Positions 9,014 to 20,300 of a stretch of DNA of 64,000 nucleotides are shown here, in pieces. This DNA is from Polyangiales bacterium (lineage in GTDB: Bacteria; Myxococcota_A; Polyangia; Polyangiales; Ga0077539), in NCBI GenBank assembly GCA_044229975.1, contig JBGARZ010000002.1:64001-128000 (forward strand). Direction: 5' to 3'. A program made the position numbers and the translations under genes. Under the pieces are notes generated by a model. It made no database searches. It saw only the letters and a list, made by a program, of their open reading frames with translations, and was not told the origin of the DNA. Numbering within the stretch: the first letter of the stretch is position 1; each line of letters begins with the position of its first letter.

Positions 9014-9826
9014 ATGGAGCCCAAGCTCGACGCCCTCTACGCCTGGATGCGAGACGCCCAATCGGTGCTGGTGTGCTTCTCGGGGGGGGTCGACAGCGCC
9101 TTCGTGTTGAAGGCCGCCCACGTTGCCCTCGGTGATCGCGCCCTCGGCATGACCGCTCTCTCTCCCGCGCTGCCTGTCGCCGAACGGGAGGCTGCGGCGA
9201 AGGTCGCGCAAGAGATCGGTGTGCCCCACGTCGGGGTCGACTCGCACGAGATCGACGACCCCAGCTACGTGAAAAATCCCGTCAATCGCTGCTTCTTCTG
9301 CAAGTCGGAGCTGTACCGCATCGCCCTCGACGAGTCGGTTCGCCGTGGCTTCGCGGTCGTCGTCAACGGCACCAACCTGGATGACCTCGGCGATCACCGC
9401 CCGGGACTCGACGCCGCGCGTGATCAGGGCGTGCGCTCGCCGCTGGTCGAGCTCGGCTTCACCAAGGAGGACATCCGACGGTGCGCTCGCGCCATCGGGC
9501 TCAGCGTCTGGGACAAGCCCGCGGCCGCCTGCCTGGCGTCGCGGATCCCGTACGGCACCTCGGTGACCCACGACCGCCTGCGGCAGATCGATCGCGCAGA
9601 AAACGCCCTGCTCGCACTTGGCTTTCGCCGGGTGCGAGTGCGCTACCACGGCGATGTCGCGCGCGTTGAAGTCGGGCCCAACGAGATGGCGACGGCGTTT
9701 GAGCGACGGGCGGAGATCTCCGCGGCCTGCCACGACGCGGGCTTCACCTTCGCGACGCTCGACCTCGACGGCTATCGCCTGGGTTCCAACAACGAGTCCG
9801 TGCGCTTGAAGGTGCTGCGGTCGTGA
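9014..9826 (+). CDS. larE: LarE-family ATP-dependent sulfur transferase (PP-loop)
   Basis: FSGGVDS, NPVNRCFFCK, GTNLDDLGDHRPG, WDKPAAACLASRIPYG, RVRYHG. Confidence 0.9.
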   Translation: MEPKLDALYAWMRDAQSVLVCFSGGVDSAFVLKAAHVALGDRALGMTALSPALPVAEREAAAKVAQEIGVPHVGVDSHEIDDPSYVKNPVNRCFFCKSELYRIALDESVRRGFAVVVNGTNLDDLGDHRPGLDAARDQGVRSPLVELGFTKEDIRRCARAIGLSVWDKPAAACLASRIPYGTSVTHDRLRQIDRAENALLALGFRRVRVRYHGDVARVEVGPNEMATAFERRAEISAACHDAGFTFATLDLDGYRLGSNNESVRLKVLRS

Positions 9827-10440
9827 GTGGGCGGCTGCCCTCGCGCTTGCGGTGGGTGGCTGGCCTCGCGTTGCTGTCGGCCTCTTCGGGCGCACAGGAT
9901 CTCCCGCCGCCGGCCTTTCTGCCGCCGACCACTGGGCAGCGCATCGGCGCCGAGGCCGCGCGCTCGAAGAAGGACGGTGCGACGGACGTCGTTCCGGCGC
10001 TGTGGATCCCCGCGGCGACGCTCGTCAACGTTCACACGCACGAGGCGATCGTGCTCGACCCTGCGCCATCGGAGCGGGAGCGGGAGCGCGTCGAGTGGTT
10101 TCTTCGCGACCGCACCAATTGGGAGCGACACGCGATCTCGACGTTGAGCCTGGAGACGCTCCGCGCGTCGGTGTTGGCGCTCGGCGCCCGCCGCGTGGAG
10201 GTGGTGTCGGGGTATCGCTCCGACAAGCTCAACGAGGGGCTGCGCAAGAAGGGCCGGCACGTCGCGGCGCACAGTCAGCACGTGCTCGGCAACGCCATCG
10301 ACTTCAGGTTGATCGGGGTGCCGACCGCGCAGCTCCACGCGTGGGCGACGCGCTTCCACCAGGGAGGGATCGGGTACTACCAGAGGAGCGGTTTCATTCA
10401 CGTCGACGCGGGTCGTCGCCGACGCTGGAACGAGGACTGA
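9823..10440 (+). CDS. YcbK/DUF882 (peptidase M15, MepK-like) exported endopeptidase
   Basis: FLRD, VVSGYRS..N..LR, SQHVLGNAIDF, GGIGYY..SGFIHVDAG. GTGA overlap with larE. Confidence 0.9.
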   Translation: MSGRLPSRLRWVAGLALLSASSGAQDLPPPAFLPPTTGQRIGAEAARSKKDGATDVVPALWIPAATLVNVHTHEAIVLDPAPSERERERVEWFLRDRTNWERHAISTLSLETLRASVLALGARRVEVVSGYRSDKLNEGLRKKGRHVAAHSQHVLGNAIDFRLIGVPTAQLHAWATRFHQGGIGYYQRSGFIHVDAGRRRRWNED

Positions 10441-10441
10441 C

Positions 10442-11341
10442 TCACTCCCAGGGCATCGCCAGACCTGCCCACGGCGTGCGCGCTCGGAGGCCCGCGTGGA
10501 GCCGGCGGGTGATGGGCCCGGGCGCCCCATCGCCCACCTCGTGGTCGTCTACCCAGACCACCGGAATCACCTCGCGGACACTCGATGTCATGAACACCTC
10601 ATCGGCCGTCCAGACGTCGTGCGCGGCGAGGCGGATCGATGATGCGGTGAGGCCCAGGTCGGCCGCGACGGAGAGCACCTCCGCGCGCGTGATGCCCGGG
10701 AGCGGACCGCAGTCGAGCGATGGGGTCAGCAGCGCGCCGCCGGACACGAGGAAGACGTTGGCGGCGGTGGCCTCGATGAGCGCGCCGTCGGTGGAGAACA
10801 AGAGCGCATCGTCGTAGCCCCGCAGGCGCGCCTCGCGCAGCGCGAGAATGTGGAGCTGGTAGTTGGACGACTTCACGCCCGCGAGGGAGAGCACGCCGTC
10901 GCGCGGAGTGGTGCGGTCGACGGTGAGCGCGGTGGCACGCAGGCCCTGCCGATAGAGCGTTGCCGAGGGCGCGATGAGCGGTGTCGCGAGGGTGAGTCGC
11001 GTGGGAACCGACGCGAGCGCCGGATCGATGCCGGGGGCACCGACGCCGCGAGTGAGCGCGAGACGAAGCACCGACGCCGAGCGAGCGGGGCGAGCGGCGA
11101 GCACTTCATGGACCTCGGCGATCCAGCGGGCGTTGGAGATTGGTACGGTGATGCCGACACGGCGGGCGGCGAGCGCGAGGCGGCCGAGGTGTTCTTCGAG
11201 GCGCCACGGCTGCCCGTCGTAGGTACGCAGCACCTCGAAGACCCCGTCCCCATAGAGGAAGCCACGGTCGAAGGGCGAGATACCGCCCTCCACGAGCGGG
11301 CGCCCATCGAGGAGCCCGATCGCGTCGGATGGCGTCGTCAT
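10442..11341 (-). CDS. Class IV PLP aminotransferase (IlvE/PabC family)
   Basis: DRGFLYGDGVFE, EHLGRL, KSSNY, EATAANVF, LPGITR, DEVFMTSS. Start at MTTPSD. Confidence 0.93.
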   Translation of the reverse strand: MTTPSDAIGLLDGRPLVEGGISPFDRGFLYGDGVFEVLRTYDGQPWRLEEHLGRLALAARRVGITVPISNARWIAEVHEVLAARPARSASVLRLALTRGVGAPGIDPALASVPTRLTLATPLIAPSATLYRQGLRATALTVDRTTPRDGVLSLAGVKSSNYQLHILALREARLRGYDDALLFSTDGALIEATAANVFLVSGGALLTPSLDCGPLPGITRAEVLSVAADLGLTASSIRLAAHDVWTADEVFMTSSVREVIPVVWVDDHEVGDGAPGPITRRLHAGLRARTPWAGLAMPWE

Positions 11342-11354
11342 GGAGGAGGAAGGC

Positions 11355-14300
11355 TCAGCCGCGGAGCTTCGCGAGGAGCTCGGTGGCGCGGGCGTGCTGG
11401 CGGTCGCTCTCCAGCGCGCGTTCGAGCATCCCAATGGCCTTGGGCTTGTCGTTCTGCAGCGAGAGGGTCTCGCCGAGGTAGGCGTAGACGTCGGCCTTGG
11501 TGAGCCCGACGCCCGGGTCCAGGCGCTGGAGCAGCAGCGCGCGGAAGGTCTTCTGCGCGCGATCGAGGTCGCCGATCTCCAGGCACAGCAGACCGAGGTC
11601 ACGGAGGATCGGCACGCTCGTCAGGTCGACCTTGAAGGCCGCGTCGAAGCTCGCGAGCGCTTCGAGCTTGTTGCCCAGGCGCTGCTGCACCTGGCCGAGG
11701 CGGTGCTGCCACTGGGCGAGTTCCTTGGTCCGACGACCGGCGAAGCTCGCGATGATGCGCTCGATGATGGGCGCCGCGTCCTGCTCGCGACCGTTGGCCG
11801 TGAGCAGGTCGACCAGGGGCAGCAACACCTCACGGTCGTCGGGAACGAGCGCCGTCGCGCGCTCCAGGTAACCGATGGCGCGCGCCGGGTCGGAGAGCTG
11901 GTCACGCGAGAGCGTCGCGAGACTGCGGAGCAGGGTGACCTGCGCCGCCGGGGCGGTGGTGACGGCGAGCTCACGCTCGGTCACGTCCGCGAGCAACGCG
12001 TGGTCGTTGCGAGACTCCGCGAGGGCGCGGAGACGACGGAGGGCGTCGACCGAGGACGGGTCGAGCTCGAGCGCCCGGCGCAGGCTCTGCTCGGCGCCGC
12101 TCGCATCGTTCATGCGGTCGGCCTCGAGCGTCGCGAGGTGCAGCGCCATCGCCGCGGAGGTCGCGCCAGGCTCGGCCACCGCGACTGCGCGTCGCAGCAT
12201 CGAGGCGGCCTTCTCGAAGTCCCCTGATCCTTCGGCGAGCCGGGCTACCGCCGCGAGGGCGCCGGAGTGCTCGGGCTGTCGGTCGAGCACGCGCTCGTAC
12301 AGCTCGATGGCGCGGTCGACGTCGTTGAGCCGCTGCTCGTGGAGCTCGCCGATACGCACCAGGGTAGTGAGCTCGGTGGACGAGTCGCCCATCGAGACGG
12401 CGTGGTCGAGGCGCCGTTCGAGCAGCTCGGAGAGCTCGCTCCAGCGCGAGAGCGAGGCGTAGAGGCGCTCAAGCCCCTCGCCCGCCGCCCCGTGTTCGGG
12501 GACCTCGTCGAGGATCTCCCGCAGGTAGTCCACCGCCGACTGCGCCGAGTGGAGGTGCTGCTCGGCGATGTCCGCGAGGCGCAGGCGCGTAGTGACCCGC
12601 TCGTCGACGGAGACGGCGACGTCGAGGCGACCGCGCAGGGCATCCTCCAGGTCGCGCCAGCGTGAGGCGTGCTCGAACAGACCTTCCAGCGCCACGCGAG
12701 CGGCGAGGTCGGACGGATCGAAGTCGAGCACCTCGCGCCACGCACCGATCGCGCGCTCTTCGTCGGAGAGCTGCGTCGCATAGAGGCCCGCGACCTCGCG
12801 GCGCAGACGCAGCGCCTCGGCCGGGTCATCGGAGAGACGCGCGCGTCGACCCAGCAGGTCGGCGAGATCTTCCCACCGACCCTGTCCCCGACGGAGCCGT
12901 GCGAGCTCGTCGATGGAGGTCGGGTCGGAGTCGTCGACCTCGAGCGCCGCCGTGGCGATCTCCGCGGCGAGGTCGGGGTTGTTGAGCGCGCCTTCGGCGA
13001 GCCGGGTGGCCTCGCGCAGCATCGCCTTGCGGGCGTCGCTGTCGAACTCCACCTCCGCGCGCCGACGCAGCGTCGCGACGAGGTCGGCCTCGCGGCCGGG
13101 CTGACGCTGGAGCCCTTCGAGCATGGTCAGGGCCTCGACGTTTTCGGCGTCGGCGGCGAGCGCATCACGCACCCGCGCCTCGGCCGCGGCGGTGTCACCG
13201 ATGGACTCGGCGTACCACCGCGCGCCGCGCAGGTTGAGGCGCACGGTCTCGTCCGGCAGTAGCGCCCGCTCGGGCGCCACGGCGGACTCGATCACGCCGC
13301 GCAGGGAAGGCCACGCGCTCGCGGCGGGAGCCAGGCGCTCCATCTCCGACAGCAGGCCCTCGTCCCTCGGGTCGAGCGCGAACGCCCGAATCACCGCGTC
13401 CAGCGCGCCCTTGAGGTCGGACATGCGCTCCTCGCGCAGGCGCGCGAGGTCACCCAGGATGCGAACCTGCTCCGAGGCCACCGTGGTCGACTCGACCTTG
13501 AGGCCGAGCAGCCACGCCTGCCGCGTCGTGTCGTCGCTGCGCTGGAACGTGCTCTCCAGCACCTCCATCGCGTCGTCGCGCACGGTCGGCTCGTCGATGA
13601 GCTTCTCCAGCAGCTCGATGGCGCGCGCGTGGGTCGGGTTGCGCTCCACGACGTTCTGGAGCGACGAGACCGCGCCGCGGGCGTCGGAGAAGCGGGTCAT
13701 CCGCAGCTCGGCGAGGCGCACCTCCAGGGCGTCGAGCGCCTCCGGCGAGGCCAGCAGAACCCGGCGTTCGAGCACGTCGCCGAGCTCGATCCACTGGGCG
13801 TTGCGCGAGTAGATCTGGTCGAGTGCTTCGAGCACCGAGTCATCGTCACCGCCGAGCTCAAGTGCCTGGCGGTAGTTGAGCGCCGCGCGGGCGTCGTCCT
13901 CCATGCGCTCGACCGCGACACGCGCCGCACGCACCGAGAGGTCGCGACCCGTGGACGGGTCGGAGCCCTCACGCACCGCACGCTCCAGCGCCGTGACGAG
14001 GTCGGCCCAGCGGTTGAGCGACGCGGCGAGGCGCTCCAGCTCGGGCAGCGTCGACGGGTCGGCGGCGTCCTCCGCGAAGGCACGGAGATAGCTGTCGAAG
14101 GCCGCCGCGGCGTCCTTCCGTCCGTCTTCGTGCACGGCCGCGATGCGACGAAGCTCCGTCGCCCGCTGCGCCATGTCGTCGACTGCGCCCAGCCGGTGCT
14201 CCAACACCTGCACCAGGTCGTCCCAGCGTCCGGCGCTGCGGTACAGCGGTTCGAGCACCTCGACAGCCGCCACCCGCTGGTCGGCAAACTGCGAGATCTC

Positions 14301-17300
14301 CCGCACCGCCGTCAGGGCGTCGGCGTTGGTCGGATCGGCGCCGAGCACCTCGCGGTAGCTCTCCAGCGCGGCCTCGTTGTCGCTGAGCTCCTTCAGCTGG
14401 AGTGCGCCCACGCGCAGGAGGAGGTTGGCGCGGTCGGCCGGGGCCTCCGCCATCGCCACCTGCGTGCGGAGGTTTTCGAGCAGCTCGGGGTGCATCGACT
14501 GCGCGGCGAAGAGTCGCTCCAGCGCGCGGATCGCCTCGGTCTGCCCCGCGCTCTCGTCGAGCGCGCGGCGGTAGGCGTCGATGGCGTGGTGCGGATCGTC
14601 GAGCGAGCGCTCCCACAGCCGGCCGAGCCGCAGGGCGGTCTCGGTTCGGGTGTCGACGTCGGTCTCCACGTCAAGGCGCTGCTGGAGGACCTCGGCGAGG
14701 CCGCGGTGGTCGCCGCGCTGCGTGAGCAGGCCGTCGAGCGCCTCCAGGGAGACGAGGTCGCCCGGGTCGAGTTCGAGCGCCCGCTGGAAGGCGTGAATCG
14801 ACGCCGCCGGGTTGTTGAGCATGTCGCGCTGCGACTCGCCGATGGTGTGCAGCAGGAAGCGCCGGTGCTCGTCGTCGTGCGAGCGGGTCACCTTGCGCTC
14901 CAGCACGTCGATGTGTCCCTCCCAGTCGGAGAGCAGCACGTGCAGGCCCTCCAACTGGTCGAGCACGTCGATCAGCGTCTCGTCGACGACGAAGAGGCGC
15001 TCATAGGCCGAGATCGCCGCGCGCGGATCACCGCGCCGCTGGTCGTGCGTGGCCGCGATGGCGCGCAGCAGCTCGGTCTTGAGCACGATGTCGTCGCTGG
15101 CCGCGAGGGCCGCTTCGTAGCTGCGCACCAGCTCGTCCCAGAAGCCGTGCTCCCCGGCGAGGCGCTCCACGGATTCGCGGGCCTCGCCGTCGCCGGGGTC
15201 GCCCCCGAAGGCCGCGCTGAAGGCCTCGAAGGCCAGCTTCGGATCACGCGCGCGGGTCTCGCGGATGCGGCCGATCTCCTTGAAGATCTGCGCCCGATCG
15301 GTGGGGTCGGTGGTCGCCGCGAGGCGCGCTTCGAGCACGCCTACGAGCCGCGCCCAGTCGTCGAGCTCGCGGTACACGGGCTCGAGGATCTCCACGATGC
15401 CGATGCGCAGCTCCGGCTTCGCCTCGGCGAGCTGCTCCAGCGACTGGATGGCCACGCGGTGATCGCGGCGGTCTTCCAGGATCTCCCGGAAGGCCTCGAC
15501 CGCGCCCGGAGCGTCGTCGAGCCGGTCGGCGCGCAGGCGCCCCAGACGGAACCGCAGCGCCGAGCGCTCATCGGTGTCGACCGCGTCGCCGATGCGCCGC
15601 TCCAACAGGTCGGCGAGGTCACGCCATGCTTCGGTCTTCACCAGCAGGGCGTCGAGTCGCGCGATGGCGGCCTCGTCCATCGGGTCGACGTCGAGCACGG
15701 CGCGGTAGTCCGCGATGGCGCGCTCGGGGTGGTTGAGCGGACCCTCGTCGATGGCCGCGATGCGGTGGAGGAACTGCTTCCGCTCCACCGGATCGGCCGC
15801 GCGCTCGGCCGCGTCGCGGTACAGGTCGAGCAGCTCGGCGTGGGCGTTTTCGCGCGTGAGGAGCGCCTCCAGCGCGTCGAAGGCCTCGCGGCGGCTGCCG
15901 TCGAAGGAGAGCGTGCGGCGGTAGTACCGGCGCGCGCGGGCGGTGTCGTGGACGCGCTCGTCGAAGAGCCGCGCGGCGACCAGCGAGAGGTCGGCCGAGC
16001 TGTCGTCGTCGACGGTGATGCCCTCCAGCGTGGCGGCGTAGACCTCCGCGAGCTTCGGGTGCGCCTCCGTCGCGCGGGCGAGCCGGTCGAGGGTCGACCA
16101 CGTCGCGCGGTCGGTCGGGTCTTCACGGAAGATGCGCGCGTAGGAGTCGAGGGCGCGACCGGGGTCGCCGATGTTGTCCTCGAACAGCGTCGCGAGCCGG
16201 GTGAGCAGCTCGATGCGGGCGGGTGGATCGTCCTCCGCCGCGATGCGCGACTCCAGCGCGCCGATGAGCTTCGGCATGTCCTGCCGGGCCCGGTAGATGG
16301 GCTCCAGCATCGTCGCGACGCGCGCGGCGAGCTCGGGCCGACGACCGAGCTCTTCGAGCGCCGACACGGTGGCCTCGTGGTCGGTCGAGTCGTCAAGCAC
16401 CGCGCGGAAGTGCTCAAACGCGCGCTCGGTGTCGTCGAGGTGATCCATCGCCACCCGGCCGAGCCGGTGGTGCAGGTCGGCGACGTTGGCGCCGTCGCGG
16501 GTGAGCTGCGAGTCCAGCAGGTTGGCGAGGTCGTCCCAGCGCGAGGCCCGCGCGTAGAGCCGCTCCAGCGCCGCGGCGCTCTCGGCGTCGAAGCCCGAAC
16601 CGAGGATCGCCTCGTACGCCTCCATCGCCCCGTCGCGGTCGTCGCGCTTCTCCTCCTGGATGCGCGCGACCTTGTGCAGGAGCGTCCGGCGAGCCTCGTC
16701 GGTCTCGGCGAGCTCCACCTTGCGGCGCAGCACCGCGAGCAGCTCGGGCCACGCCTGCGTCGACTCGTGGAGCGACTCCAACGCGTCGAGGGCCGGCGCG
16801 AAATCGCTCTGGTTCTCCAGGGCCTTCTCGAAGTGCTCGCGCGCCGTCGCGGCGTCGTCGAGCTTCGACAGCGCCGTCCCCGCCACGTGCATGTACACGT
16901 CACGCTGCAGTTCCCCGTCGAGCAGCTTGGGCGCCACCTCGCGGAACACCGCGATCATCTCCTTGTGCCGTCCCGACTGGCTCGCGAGCGACTCCACGTG
17001 GGTCACGCGCTGCGCCGCATCGGCGTCCTCCGCGGCGAGGGACAGCGCCCGCGAGGCACGCTCGAACGCGCGCCCCGGGTCCGACAGCCCCATCTCCGCC
17101 ACGTCTGCCGCCTTCGACAGCGCCTGCAATCGCTCGTCACGGTCGTCGCTCTCGGCCGCGATGCGGTCGAGCACATCGACCAGCTTCGACCAGTCACCAT
17201 CGGCTCGGAGCACCGGCTCCAGCGCCCGGGCCGCCGCGATCGGAACCTCCGGCAGATCCGACCGCAGCATCTCGGTGAGCGCCGCGCGCGCCGCCGGTGT

Positions 17301-20300
17301 GGTCGGGTCGAGCGCCAGGGCCTCCTGGTAGCCGAGCACCGCCAGCAAGGGCTCGCCCGTCTTGCGGTACCGGAGGTCCGCCGCGCGCACCATCAGCGCG
17401 AGGCGATCGGTCGGGTCTTCGACGACGGCGAGGTCGCGCTCGACCACCGCAAGCAGGCCCGCCCACTGGTCGGACACTTCCAGGAGACGCGCGAGCGCCG
17501 CGTGGATGGCGCGGTCGGGGCCGAAGCTCGTGAGCACCTCTTCGTAGAGCGCGATCGCCTCGGGCACCGCGGCGAGCTTCTCTTCGAGCACCGACGCGGC
17601 CTGCACCAGCAGGCGCTTCTGCGACTCACCGTCATCAACCAGCGCCGCCTGCCGCCGCAGGGCCTTCACCAGTTCTTCCCACTGACCGCTGCGTTCGTAG
17701 AGCCGCGCGAGGGAGCGCAGCGCGTCGAGGTCGCCCGAGTCGAGGTCGAGCCGACCCCGCTGCGCGTCGATGGCCCCGGCCAGATCGCCGACCTCGTCCT
17801 CCAGGATCTCCGCCGCCTGCGCGAGCAGGGACGTCTGGAGCGTCGGGTCGGACTCGTGCTTCGCCCGCAGGCGCAGCGCGTCGACGAGACCACGAGGGTT
17901 CTGCAACGCGCGGTAGAGGCGCTCCAGGGCGACGGCCGCCGAGAGCGTCGTGTCGCGATCGCCCTCGGCCTCGGTCAGCAGCCGACGGAACGTTCGCTCT
18001 GCCTTCACCGGGTCGATGAGCCGCTCGTCGTAGATCGCCGCGAGGTCGCGCAGCACGGGCACCCTCACTCCGCTCGCGCGCGGGTCTTCGAGCACCTCCT
18101 CCAGCGTGTCGGCCGCTCGCGCGTCCTGCAACGCCACCGCCGAGAGCCGCAGCAGCTCCTCGCGGAAGGTCGACTGCGTCGGGTCTTCGAGCGTTGCCGT
18201 GGCGATGGCGTCGAGGGCGCCGACGGGGTCGTGCAGCACGATCTCGCGCAGCTCGGCGATGCGCTGGTAGAGCGCGGCGCGAGGAGCACCCGCGGGCGTC
18301 GCCTCCAGCCGGATCTGGAGCATCCGCACCAGGGCTCCAGCGCTCGGATCGCCGTCGCGGTCGTAGAGCGATTCCAGGCCGTTGGCCGCCCGCTGACGAA
18401 GCGCGGGCGCTTCGACGAGACGCTCCAGGCCGCGGCGCGCGCGGGCGTTGGCCGCGTCGGACTCGACCACGCCCTCGTAGTCGACGATCGCATCGTTGAG
18501 GCGCGACAGCCGGATCTCCAACGTCTCGGCGCGGCGGAGCCTGAGCTCCTGCGCTTCGTCGGTCCCTGCCCGCTGCTCCAGCGAGCGGGTGAGCAGCGCG
18601 ACGAGCGCGTCCCAGCGACCGAGCCGCTCGTACAGCCGGTCGAGGGCGCTAGAGACCTCGACGTTGCTCGCGTCGAGCGCGGCGGCGCGCTCCAGTGCGC
18701 TCGTGGCCTCTTCGGGCTGGTCGAGCACGTCTTCCAGCAGCTTCGCCTCTTCGATGAACAGCGCCACGCGCGCGTCGTCGTCGGTGAGCCGCTCGACCCA
18801 GGTGCCGTAGAGCGCGTGCAGGTCGGACCAACGAGCGTGCTGCTTGTAGAGCCGCTCCAGCGCCTCGAAGGCGCCGGGCTCCAGCGCACCGCCCTCGATC
18901 ACCACGCGGTGGAAGGGCTCGGCCGCGGCGGCGTCGCCGTTGCGGTCTTCGTGGAGGGCGGCCGTTCGACGGGCCAGCCAGACGCGCACCGCGGGGGCCG
19001 TGGTCTCGCGCGCGACGAGGGTCGCGAGGAAGGTCGCGAGCTCGGCGGTCCAACCGCCCTCGATGGCGAGGCCGGTGAGGGCGTTGGCGACGGGTTCCGA
19101 CGAGGGCTCCGCGTCGAGCATCGAGCGCAACAGATCGAAGCCCGATCGCGGGTCGTCGAGGCGCTCGGCGTAGACCCGCGCGAGGCGCAGGCCGAGCTCG
19201 CGCCGACGGTCGGCGTCCTCCTCCACGTCGAAGAGAATCTGCAGCACCCACGCCAGCTTGCGGAACTGTCCGATCTCCTCGAACTCGGGCTCCAGCGTCT
19301 GCGCCGCGACCACGCGCCAGGTCTCGTCGCGCAGCAGCGACTCCAGCGCGTCGAGGGCGCCCGGGTGGTGGGGCGAGAGCGAGAGCACCTCGCGGTAGAA
19401 ATCGATCGCGGCCTCGACCTTACCGAGGCGGTCGCGCTGTACGGCGCCGAGGGCGAGGGCGAGGTCGGCGCGTTCGGCGCCCTCGACGAGGCCGTGGCGG
19501 GCGAGCAGCGTGGACTCGAGCTCCGTCCAACGCCCAGCGGCCTCGGAGAGGCGCGACAAGGCCGCGAGGGAGGTTGCATCGGTGGGGTCGGAGGCGATGA
19601 GCACGCGGAAGCGTTCGCTCGCCGCGTCGGGCTGCTGGAGCACGGCCTCTTCGAGCTCGGCGACCTCGGCGATGAGGGCGCGCCGCTCGTCACCCGCCGC
19701 GCGGGCGATGCGGTGGTCGAAGAGCTTCCGCAGGTCGTCCCAGCGCTGGGCCCGGCGCAGCAGCGCGTCGAGCGACTGGATCACCGCTGCGTCGTCGGGC
19801 GACTGACCGAGGGCCCGCTCGATGCGGGTGACCGCTGCGTCGACCTCACCCAAACGATCGGCTTCGATCGCGGCGCTCTTGTCCCGCAGGCGGGCGATCT
19901 CGACCGCGTCGGTCGAGGCGGCGGAGCGCGCGTCGAAGGTGTCGACGAGCTCGCGCCACCCACCAGCCTCCGCGGCGCTGGCCTCGACCTGCGTCTCCAG
20001 CGACTCGTCGGTCGGGTCGAGGCGGTACGCGCGCAGGGCCCACTGAAACGCCGCCGTGCGGTCGCCGAGGCGGCCCGCCGAGATCTCCCGCAGCTTGTGC
20101 AGGTACCCCAGGGCGCCCGTACGGTCGTCCGCGGGGAGCGCGTTGAGCAGCACCTCGTAGAGCTGCGCGAGCCGCGACCAGCGCTCGTCCTCCAGGTAGA
20201 TGGGCACCAGGGCCGTCGCGGCAGCGACGTTGGTCGGGTCGACCGTGAGCACCCGCTCGTAGCTCCGAAACGCCCTCGCCGGCTGCTTGAGCCGCTCTTC

